Assembly (NCBI GenBank): GCA_038231435.1
Contig: JBBRLJ010000002.1
Span: 64,001 to 128,000, forward strand
Length of the DNA stretch: 64,000 nt
Direction of reading: 5' to 3'
Source of the DNA: Planctomycetota bacterium
GTDB lineage: Bacteria > Planctomycetota > UBA11346
Below, piece by piece: positions 29,915 through 39,787 of this stretch. The notes below the pieces were generated by a model, which was not told where the DNA came from, searched no databases, and worked only from the letters and a program-made list of their open reading frames with translations. The position numbers and the translations under genes were made by a program. How positions within the stretch are numbered: the first letter of the stretch is position 1; the number at the start of each line of letters is the position of its first letter.

Positions 29915-31315
29915 ATGGGCCGAATCGTGGTGGTCGACGACGAGGCTGGCCTGCGCAGCATGCTCGAGGTCGTGCTGCGGCGCGATGGCCATGATGTGCG
30001 CTGCGCGGCTGATGGCCGTGAGGCGCTCGCCCTGCTCGCCGACGGAGCCCCCACCGAAGTAGTGATGAGCGACCTGCGCATGCAGCCGATGGACGGCCTC
30101 GGCTTGCTCGCCGAGATCCGCGCCAAGCACGCCGAGACCTTCGTGATCATCATGACCGCGTTCGCCGAATGGGACACCGCGGTCAAGGCGATGCGCCTGG
30201 GGGCGTACAACTTCCTGCGCAAGCCCTTCGATACAGCCGCGGCGCGCACCTTGGTGCACCGGGCGCTGGCGGCGCGCGACCACCATGTGGCCGCCAAGGC
30301 AGCCGGAGAATCCGCAGCCGCGGTGCACCTGGTGGGTTCGAGCCAGTCCATCCATGACGTGCAGGCGCTCATCGACCAGGTCTCAACCACCGACAGCACG
30401 GTCCTGGTCAGCGGCGAGAGCGGCACCGGCAAGGAACTGGTCGCGCGCGCTGTCCACTACGCCAGCTTGCGCGCCGACGGGCCGATGGTGCGTATCAATT
30501 CCGGCGCGCTCACTCCGAGCCTGCTCGAGAGCGAGCTGTTCGGCCACGTGAAGGGCTCGTTCACCGGAGCGATCGAAAACCGGCCTGGACTGTTCGCCCT
30601 GGCCGATGGCGGAACGCTCTTCCTCGACGAGGTCGGGGAACTCGCGGTCGAGACCCAGGTGAAGCTGCTGCGCGTGCTCGAGACCGGAGAGTTCATCCCG
30701 GTCGGCGGGCGCGACGTGTGCTCGAGCAACGTGCGCTTGGTGGCGGCGACCAACCGCGACCTCAAGGGCATGGTCAAGGCCGGCACCTTCCGCGAGGACC
30801 TGTACTACCGCCTGGCGGTCATCCCGATCCACCTGCCCGCGCTGCGCGAGCGCCCGGAGGACATACCGCTCCTGGCCGGCCACCTCCTGTCGCGCCATGC
30901 GGTGAAGCTGCGCCGCGGCGTGACCGGATTCATGCCCGACGCGCTCGCCGCCATGCAGGCGTATCCCTGGCCGGGGAACGTGCGCGAGCTGGACAACCGC
31001 ATCCAGCGCGGAGTGGCGCTCACCAGCAGCGGCGCGATCGCCGCCAGCGCGCTCTTCGGCGATCTCGGTGACAACACGTCCGCCGGCGGACCAGCGACAC
31101 GCGAGACCACCTCGCGGCATCGCCGCGCCTCGCTCGCGGCGACCATCGCCAAGGGCACGCCGATCGATCTCGACAAGGAACTGGTGGGCTTCGAACGTGA
31201 GATCGTCGAGGCGGCGCTCAAGGCGACCAACGATAATCTGACCGAGGCCGCGGTGCTGCTCGGCATCAGCTTTCGGCAGATCCGCTACAAGGTCCGGCAG
31301 CTCGGCCTGCGCTGA
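29915..31315 (+). CDS. Sigma-54-dependent response regulator (NtrC/PilR-like)
   Basis: REC domain (VVDDE, D, K), GESGTGKE, GSFTGA, FLDE, FREDLYYRL, Fis-type HTH. Confidence 0.95.
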   Translation: MGRIVVVDDEAGLRSMLEVVLRRDGHDVRCAADGREALALLADGAPTEVVMSDLRMQPMDGLGLLAEIRAKHAETFVIIMTAFAEWDTAVKAMRLGAYNFLRKPFDTAAARTLVHRALAARDHHVAAKAAGESAAAVHLVGSSQSIHDVQALIDQVSTTDSTVLVSGESGTGKELVARAVHYASLRADGPMVRINSGALTPSLLESELFGHVKGSFTGAIENRPGLFALADGGTLFLDEVGELAVETQVKLLRVLETGEFIPVGGRDVCSSNVRLVAATNRDLKGMVKAGTFREDLYYRLAVIPIHLPALRERPEDIPLLAGHLLSRHAVKLRRGVTGFMPDALAAMQAYPWPGNVRELDNRIQRGVALTSSGAIAASALFGDLGDNTSAGGPATRETTSRHRRASLAATIAKGTPIDLDKELVGFEREIVEAALKATNDNLTEAAVLLGISFRQIRYKVRQLGLR

Positions 31316-31321
31316 CTTTTT

Positions 31322-31345
31322 GTTGGGGGGCTACGGCCCCCCAAC
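31322..31345 (+). repeat. 24-nt palindrome GTTGGGGGGC-TACG-GCCCCCCAAC
   Basis: Perfect 10-bp stem with a cUACGg loop; a near-identical inverted copy lies at 32251-32274. Confidence 0.7.
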
Positions 31346-32103
31346 TAAGAGCTCCTGATGTCGCGGGGGGATTTGCCGAGTTCGCGGCGCATGGTCTTGT
31401 TGAAGAAGTGCAGATCGGGGATGCCGACCTCGGCGGCGATGTCCTTGATCGGGATGGTGGAATGGCGCAGCAGGTATTCGGCGCGGCGCACGCGGCATTC
31501 GCGCACGAACGCGACGATGGTGGTGCCCTGCTCGCGGCGGAAGAGTCTGAGCAGGTGGTTCGCCGAGCAGCCGGCGGCGTCGGCGATGGCGGCGATCCCG
31601 AGCTCGCGGTTCAGCTGGGCGTGGATGTGCGCGCGCGCGCGCTCGAGCGCGGGATGCCCGGCGCGCTCCGGGCCCGGCTTCTCGGGCTCGACCAGCTGCC
31701 ACAGCACATCCCACAGACGGGCTTCGGCGCGGTGCGGTGAACGCGGGAACCAGCCCGCGGCCTCCTGCAGCGCGCCATCGACGGCGGCGAATCTGCCGGC
31801 GAGATCCTGCAGGCCGGGCAGGATCACCTCGTCGCCCTTGGATGCGACCTCGAAGTGCGCGCACATGTGCACCGAGCGACCGCGGAAACGCGCTTGAAGC
31901 TCGACCTCGGGCCGCCACAGCGCCGCGTGCCCCGGGACGATGTCGTACTGACGACCGTCGGCGACGATCACCAGGGGCGTGGAGTACAGGTGCAGCCGCC
32001 AGCGCCCCGAACCGCAATAGTCATCAGGCTTGTCGGAGTGGTGGATCCCCACCCCGATCCCCGTGATCACCGGCGGCTTCACCAACGACAGCGCATGTCC
32101 CAT
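31345..32103 (-). CDS. AraC family transcriptional regulator
   Basis: C-terminal double HTH: IADAAGCSANHLLRLF...IKDIAAEVGIPDLHFFNKTMRRELGKSP. Confidence 0.92.
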   Translation of the reverse strand: MGHALSLVKPPVITGIGVGIHHSDKPDDYCGSGRWRLHLYSTPLVIVADGRQYDIVPGHAALWRPEVELQARFRGRSVHMCAHFEVASKGDEVILPGLQDLAGRFAAVDGALQEAAGWFPRSPHRAEARLWDVLWQLVEPEKPGPERAGHPALERARAHIHAQLNRELGIAAIADAAGCSANHLLRLFRREQGTTIVAFVRECRVRRAEYLLRHSTIPIKDIAAEVGIPDLHFFNKTMRRELGKSPRDIRSS

Positions 32104-32250
32104 GGTGGAAATTTACCAGTGCCCACAGCTAGAGCAATCTCCCGCAATCCCCCTGGAAAACCGTACATGAGCGCGTCCGCCCACCCAGAGTCTCCGACTG
32201 GGCCGAGCCCCCGCTTCTCCCCGCCTCCTGAGGGCAGTGCAGAGCACGAT

Positions 32251-32274
32251 GTTGGGGGGCCGAAGTCCCCCAAC
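32251..32274 (-). repeat. 24-nt palindrome GTTGGGGGAC-TTCG-GCCCCCCAAC (minus strand)
   Basis: 22/24 identical to 31322-31345; cUUCGg loop; sits just after the osmC stop codon. Confidence 0.7.
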
Positions 32275-32288
32275 TGAAAGCCTCCCAA

Positions 32289-32702
32289 CTATACGTCGGG
32301 GTACGAGAACGACACGTCCTGCACGATCTCCGGATGCAGGCTGAGCGCCACCGGGCAGGTGTGCGCGGCCTGCTCGAGCGACGCGCGGCGGGCGGTGGAA
32401 ATGCCGGCGGCCATCGCGAAGCGCACCACGATGCGGTTGATGCGCCGTGGTGGCGAGGTGGTCATGTGCTTTTCCACATGGACGGTCGAGCCCTCGAGCA
32501 CGGTGCCGTCCTTGCGGGCGTTGATGCCCATGATCGTCATCATGCAGGTCCCGAGTCCGGTCGCGATCAGATCGGTTGGCGAGAAGCTCTGGCCGCGTCC
32601 GTGGTTGTCGGTGGGCGCATCAGTGACCAGTTGCGCGCCGCTCGGACCGTGGATGGCTCCGCAGCGCAGATCGCCGCGATAGGTGACGGTGAAGGGAGTC
32701 AT
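32289..32702 (-). CDS. OsmC/YhfA family protein
   Basis: TDAPTDNHGRGQSFSPTDL...GTCM...TCPVALSL. Confidence 0.93.
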   Translation of the reverse strand: MTPFTVTYRGDLRCGAIHGPSGAQLVTDAPTDNHGRGQSFSPTDLIATGLGTCMMTIMGINARKDGTVLEGSTVHVEKHMTTSPPRRINRIVVRFAMAAGISTARRASLEQAAHTCPVALSLHPEIVQDVSFSYPDV

Positions 32703-32763
32703 GGCTGCATTCTACAGCCGGGCGGCGCCCGGCCCAGGGGCTGCGCCCCTACGGGCTTTTATT

Positions 32764-32934
32764 CAGGGGCTTCGCCCCTACGGCCTGCGGCCTACCCCAC
32801 GGGCTTGGTCGGGACTTTTTTTCGCCGGATGCCGGCGAAAAAATGGGCGGATGGGCTGCGCCCATTGTATCCGCCCACCGTCCCTCTGGCGCCCGCCCCA
32901 TCGCAGGGCGATGGGGCCCCCGGGTTGACGCTGG
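32764..32934 (-). repeat. Dispersed structured repeat, copy 2
   Basis: Homologous to 15519-15689; followed on the minus strand by an extra GTAGGGGC-GCA-GCCCCTG unit (about 32735-32752). Confidence 0.85.
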
Positions 32935-32975
32935 GTGTGATGCGTCGCGTGTCGATAAGCGGTGTGAAAGTGTGA

Positions 32976-33242
32976 TCACTCGCCGGGTGGGTTGATTGCG
33001 GTGGGGTCGCCTTGCCAGCCGAAGACTGCGGCGAGGGTCAGCCAGGCGATAGCCTGGAGCACCAATGCGCGGTTCGTCCAGCGCCAACCAGAATCGGTTC
33101 CCGCGCACGAGGTCAGGGATCCCCACAACGCCGCTACCCACCATGCCGCGTGATGCTCGCTGACGAGCACCAGGGCGATGGCGGGCAGCTGCAGCGCCTC
33201 CACGATCGCCAGGCGCGTCCAACCCGAGATCGCGACGCCCAT
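32976..33242 (-). CDS. Small membrane protein (88 aa)
   Basis: TGATG coupling to the thiE stop; three hydrophobic, Trp-rich segments. Confidence 0.6.
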   Translation of the reverse strand: MGVAISGWTRLAIVEALQLPAIALVLVSEHHAAWWVAALWGSLTSCAGTDSGWRWTNRALVLQAIAWLTLAAVFGWQGDPTAINPPGE

Positions 33243-34270
33243 CAGTGCTCTTCGGGCTCCAGGATCAGATGCAGCTCGGCGGCGGCGCGCTCGGGGTCCT
33301 TCGCGGTGCACAGGGCGCCGGCGACCGCCACGCCATGCAGGAGGCGAGGGCGCAGGGCGCGGATGCGATCGGCGTCCATCCCGCCGATGGCGTAGCTGGG
33401 AATGGCGAGCGTCCCGCGCAGGCGGTCGAGCAACTCAGGGCCGCGACATGGCTCGTGCGGCTTGGTGGTGGTCGCATGGATCGGGCCGAGGCCGAGGTAG
33501 TCGGCGCCGGCAGCGACCGCGGCGGATGCCTGCTCTGGCGTATGCGCGGACACGCCGACCGCACAGACCGGGCCGACCACGGCGCGCGCATCGCGCGGAT
33601 CCAGATCGTCCTGGCCCAGATGCAGGCCGGCGGCCCCGAGAGCGCGCGCCACCGCGACGTGGTCGTTGACGATGAACAGCGCTCCAGCCTTCGCCACCGC
33701 ATCCTGGACGCGTCGTGCCAGTTCGGCGTAAGCACGCGGCGACAGGCTCTTGGCACGCAGCTGCACCGCGCCGGCGCCGCCGCGCGCCACTGCCGCCGCG
33801 ACGGCAACTGGATCGGCGCACAGCGCGGTGTCGACCAGCGCGTAGAGGCGCACGCGGTGCAGGAGCCAGCCCGGAAGGCGGGACAGCAACGCGCTCTCGA
33901 GCTGGTAGGCGCGGTAGCGCGTGGCCTCGAATCCCGCGGTGGAAGCCGGATGGCACAGCCGCGCCGCCTCCTCGGCCGAACGCAGCGCCTCCTGCACGCG
34001 CGCGGCGTTCGCGCGCACCAGATCCACCAGACGCTCGCGCGCGGCATCGGGATTGGCGGTGGCGGCGCCGACATCGCCGCCCGCGTCACGTCCGGCGGCC
34101 ACGTCAACCGGCACCAGGCGGCGCACGTCGTGACGAAGCAGCTTCGCCATCTCGGCGATGCGCGCGTCGTCGATCAGGAAACGCGCCACGTCCTCGAGCG
34201 CGCGTAGGCCCTCGGCCGCCCGGTTGGCGTTGGCGTCGAGCATCCTGGAGGCGTCGCGTCCGGGGCTCAC
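33242..34270 (-). CDS. thiE: Thiamine-phosphate synthase with an N-terminal ThiD2-type extension
   Basis: LDANANRAAEGLRALED N-domain; VQLRAK, FIVND, HLGQDD, GADYLGLGPI..TTTK, AIGG. Start is GTG 34270 or ATG 34243. Confidence 0.93.
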   Translation of the reverse strand: MSPGRDASRMLDANANRAAEGLRALEDVARFLIDDARIAEMAKLLRHDVRRLVPVDVAAGRDAGGDVGAATANPDAARERLVDLVRANAARVQEALRSAEEAARLCHPASTAGFEATRYRAYQLESALLSRLPGWLLHRVRLYALVDTALCADPVAVAAAVARGGAGAVQLRAKSLSPRAYAELARRVQDAVAKAGALFIVNDHVAVARALGAAGLHLGQDDLDPRDARAVVGPVCAVGVSAHTPEQASAAVAAGADYLGLGPIHATTTKPHEPCRGPELLDRLRGTLAIPSYAIGGMDADRIRALRPRLLHGVAVAGALCTAKDPERAAAELHLILEPEEH

Positions 34271-34307
34271 GTGGCGACCCGCTCGGCCGACAGCGACACG
34301 GCCAGGC

Positions 34308-36131
34308 TCACGTGCGTTCGCGCTGTTGCGCGTTGCCGCCGAGCGGTGTGCCGTCATCCGTACCGGGCCCGACCGGGACCAGCACCACCGATGATGGGCG
34401 GTTGGCCCAGGTGCGCAGCCGTGGCCACAGGTATTCGCGGGCCAGGATGCGGCAGCTGGCCGCGATCGGCACTGCCAGGATCAGCCCCAGGATGCCGAGC
34501 AGCTTCCCGCACAGCAGCAGCGCCACGATCAGCGTCACCGGATGGAGCTCGACCTCGCGGCCCATCACGGTCGGGATCAGCACCGCCTCGAGCACTTGGA
34601 CCAGCACGTAGACCACCACCACCAGCGTGGCGTGCAGCGCCGTGGCCTCGGGCTGGAGCATGGTCATCACCACCGCCGGCAGCAGGAAGAGGATGCCCGA
34701 GAGCGGCACGGTGGTGGCGAAACCGATCGCGAGCGCGAACAGGATCGAGTACGGCACGCTCACGGCACTGAACACGCCGATGGCGAAGAAGCCGATGCCG
34801 GCGGCGATCGAGCACAGCGTGCAGATGATCAGGCGGCCGCGGAAGAAGGCGGCCACTACCTGCTCGATGTCGCGGATGATGCGGATGGTCTGCTGGCGGC
34901 GGCGCAGCGGGATGTATTCGTGCACGCCGCGGCGGATCGCAGGCATCGCCAGCACCAGGAAGAAGGCATAGATCGGCACCAGGATGACGTTCAGCAGCAG
35001 GCCAAACCACGATTGCAGGTTGGTGAAGCCGGCCTTGGTCCAATCGCCGATGCGGGTGGGCGAATCGTGCAGCGAGCCTTTCACCGCGGTCTCGAGCTGG
35101 TTGACCAACGCCGCTAGGGTCTGCGTTCCCACCGAGCTGTCGCCGCCGCGCAACGCGACGATCAGGCGGCGGGCTCCTGGCTGACCCTGGTGGTCGGCGT
35201 CATCGAGCGCGGTCGCGAGCGCCTGCGCCTGCGCCCGCCGCTCGGCGGTCAGCGGCTTCTGCCAGGCATCGTGCACGCGCAGGACCAGCGGGTCGCTGCC
35301 CGATTCGGGGCCGAGGCGCGCCTGTGCCAGCGCGGTGAGCAGCTCGGCGTGGCGCTCGCTCTGCGCCGCGTCGGCGGCGCCGACCAGGGTCAGCCAGCGC
35401 TCGCGCAGGTCGGGCGCCACCTGGGCGCCTGCATCGGTGATCGACTGGGCGCTCGGCGAGGGCCAGCCGAACTCGCGTGATGCCGGATTCTTCACCTCGA
35501 CGTCGCTCGGCGTCGCGGGCCAGCGCTCGACCGATTCGCCCGCGGTGGCGACCTCGATCATGCGCCGCAGGTAGTCGCGGTACGGAGCGGTCTCAGCCGC
35601 GTATAGCGCCAGGTAGGACAACGAGGGATCATCGAAGGCCAGGTGCGCCTTCACCTTGATGCGATTCTGCCATTCCTCGAGCCGCACCAGCCCCGAGGCC
35701 ACGAGCCCGCGATCCCACACCTTGTTGCCGTTGCTGTCCTCGAACGGCTCGCCCGGATCGTAACGGTCGTTATGGTTCAGATCCTGGTAGGTCTCGCCCT
35801 GGAAGACGCGCCCGGTCAGCGCGCTCCCTTCATGGATCACCGCGGGCACCAGCAGGATCATGGTCAACGACACCACCAGCGAGACCACGGCGAAGAGCAT
35901 GCCCGCCGCGACGAAGCGCCGCACTCCACCCTGGCGCGCGATCGCATCGACGATGGGGGTGACCACGTAGGCGATGGCAAAGCCCACCGCCACCGGCATC
36001 AGCACTTCCTTGAGTGCCACCGCGATGGGCTCGGTGATCCACGCGGTCTCGCGCAGCGCGAAGGTGCACATCGCGATCGCGGTGGCGATCAGCAGCACGC
36101 GGATCCACGGATGCTCGAGGAGTTCCTTCAT
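34308..36131 (-). CDS. AI-2E family transporter with a large extracytoplasmic insertion
   Basis: PVAVGFAIAYVVTPIV, FFRGRLI, PTVMG..VELHPV, GLILAVP. Confidence 0.88.
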   Translation of the reverse strand: MKELLEHPWIRVLLIATAIAMCTFALRETAWITEPIAVALKEVLMPVAVGFAIAYVVTPIVDAIARQGGVRRFVAAGMLFAVVSLVVSLTMILLVPAVIHEGSALTGRVFQGETYQDLNHNDRYDPGEPFEDSNGNKVWDRGLVASGLVRLEEWQNRIKVKAHLAFDDPSLSYLALYAAETAPYRDYLRRMIEVATAGESVERWPATPSDVEVKNPASREFGWPSPSAQSITDAGAQVAPDLRERWLTLVGAADAAQSERHAELLTALAQARLGPESGSDPLVLRVHDAWQKPLTAERRAQAQALATALDDADHQGQPGARRLIVALRGGDSSVGTQTLAALVNQLETAVKGSLHDSPTRIGDWTKAGFTNLQSWFGLLLNVILVPIYAFFLVLAMPAIRRGVHEYIPLRRRQQTIRIIRDIEQVVAAFFRGRLIICTLCSIAAGIGFFAIGVFSAVSVPYSILFALAIGFATTVPLSGILFLLPAVVMTMLQPEATALHATLVVVVYVLVQVLEAVLIPTVMGREVELHPVTLIVALLLCGKLLGILGLILAVPIAASCRILAREYLWPRLRTWANRPSSVVLVPVGPGTDDGTPLGGNAQQRERT

Positions 36132-36206
36132 CCGCGGGGAATACTAGGGGCGGAGCGCGATAGACAAAGACCGTCCGTCGTCGGGACGGCCGGGTCCGTC
36201 CTCCGC

Positions 36207-36596
36207 CTATTCCGTCATCACCCGCTGGTGCACGCGCTGGGCGAGCGCGGGGCCGAAGGCCGGGCCTTCGACGAAATCCTCGATGCGGTCGTCGGGCTGT
36301 TTCGAGAAGACGCCATGATCGATCAGCGTCCAGGTGATGTCGCCGATATCCTCGGGACAGCGCAGGCCCCAATTGCGCAGCACCAGTTCGGCGAGCAGGC
36401 CGAAGCGATCGGCGGCGAGATCGAGCGTGCCCTCGACCAGCTCACGCGCGCACAGGTGCCGATCCGATCCGCTGCGCCCGCGCTTGCCGAGCCGCCGAGC
36501 CGCGTGGCACAGGCCCTGGCTCACGAAGCTGAAGGCCTCGGCGTCGTAGCGGCCGCTCTGACGAGCGAGCTTCTGCAAGTTCGGGATCCTAGCCAT
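36207..36596 (-). CDS. Minf_1886 family (Verrucomicrobia/Planctomycetes-restricted) protein
   Basis: RYDAEAFSFV..GL, HLCAREL, FGLLA..VL..WG...EDIGDI...L, D.IEDF pattern. Confidence 0.82.
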   Translation of the reverse strand: MARIPNLQKLARQSGRYDAEAFSFVSQGLCHAARRLGKRGRSGSDRHLCARELVEGTLDLAADRFGLLAELVLRNWGLRCPEDIGDITWTLIDHGVFSKQPDDRIEDFVEGPAFGPALAQRVHQRVMTE

Positions 36597-36649
36597 GGGG
36601 GCGATTGTGGGCAGCGCCACTGCGGCCGACAAGAGGGATTCCGCAGGAG

Positions 36650-36825
36650 GGGCTACGTCGTGCGAGCACGCGTTCAGCAACGCCGCTCGACAATCCGATT
36701 GACTTGCCGTCACCCCAGCCTCCTCTGTAAAGCTCGGATCCGGCCGCCGACACGCACCGTTACCCGAAGAGGTTTGAGCCCGCGTCGGATATCTCACCGC
36801 GCACTCGCTTTACGGCATCGTACCC
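36650..36825. ncRNA. Candidate rod-shaped ncRNA (6S RNA-like)
   Basis: Nested pairings: 36650-57/36819-25, 36662-72/36798-808, 36689-98/36785-93, 36722-26/36768-72, 36734-39/36762-67, with a central bubble. Confidence 0.5.
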
Positions 36826-36832
36826 AGAGCGG

Positions 36833-38782
<1,950 letters not shown>

Positions 38783-39027
38783 GTGCTCCTCGCGGGCCGC
38801 GGCGCGCAAAGCCGCGGTCCGACGCAAAAAAGTCTACTCCACGGACTATGCGGCGCTCGTCGAGGGGTCAACCACAGGGCTCACCGTCATCGCGTGGTAC
38901 GAGCCCTCTGCTCGGATGCTTCGCATCGCGCCGCTCGGTCGCGCAGCTCCGCCGGCCACCGCCCGAACGCCGAAAACGCTTGGAGCTACCGTATGCCGGT
39001 ACAAGATGCCTGGTTCAGGATCCGAAC

Positions 39028-39759
39028 ATGAACTCCAATATCGCCGCCCTGCTCGACCTGCAGGTGATCGACAAGAGGCGTCAGACGCTCAAGCACGTTC
39101 GCGATGGCCGCAAGACGAAATTCGGCGATGCGGAGAAGGCCTGGAAGTCCGCTGAGAGTTCCGCCCAGACCTCGAATCAGGAATCCGAGAAGCTCAACGC
39201 CCTGATCCGGCAATACACCGCCGACTCCGCGCGTTGCGACGCCACCATCGCCGATCTCAGATCGAAGCAGATGGGCGCGAAGACCAACAAGGATTACATG
39301 GCGATCATCAACGGCATCGAGGCCGCGAAGGTCGAGAAGGGCATGCGCGAGGCCAGCATCAAGGAGGTCACCGCGCGGCTCGAGGCCCTGAAGGACAAGG
39401 CCGCGAAGATGACCGAGCAGGCCACCAAGCTCAAGGCCGACTACGAGCAGCTGATCGGCGGCGCCGGCGGCGCCGAGCAGACCACGCCCGAGGAGCAGGA
39501 GATCGAGCGCGAGTACAGCCAGCGCAAGGCGCAGGTCGATCCCGCCTTCCTCGAAGTCTACGAGCGCCTGGTCAAGGCCCGCCATCCGATGCCGCTGGCG
39601 AAGGTCGACCCCAACAGCCGCGCCACCCCGATGGGCATCCTCATCAGCCACAACCAGATCGAGCAGATCCGTATGGGCAAGCTGGTGGTGTGCCGCAATT
39701 CCAACAGCATCCTGTACATCGCCGAGACGGCGAAATCCGGAGCCGACAGCAAGGGCTGA
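39028..39759 (+). CDS. Coiled-coil protein of the C4 zinc-ribbon (DUF164/CT398/HP0958-like) family with a degenerate ribbon
   Basis: LLDLQVID, KTNKDY.A, long coiled coil, YERL, C-terminal ILY. Confidence 0.8.
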   Translation: MNSNIAALLDLQVIDKRRQTLKHVRDGRKTKFGDAEKAWKSAESSAQTSNQESEKLNALIRQYTADSARCDATIADLRSKQMGAKTNKDYMAIINGIEAAKVEKGMREASIKEVTARLEALKDKAAKMTEQATKLKADYEQLIGGAGGAEQTTPEEQEIEREYSQRKAQVDPAFLEVYERLVKARHPMPLAKVDPNSRATPMGILISHNQIEQIRMGKLVVCRNSNSILYIAETAKSGADSKG

Positions 39760-39787
39760 GCTCCGGCGCCGCGGCTGAGGGCACCCC

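Noticed and set aside
33242..34270. ThiE N-terminal extension as a novel fusion
   Set aside because: Known ThiD2-ThiE architecture seen in cyanobacteria and planctomycetes.
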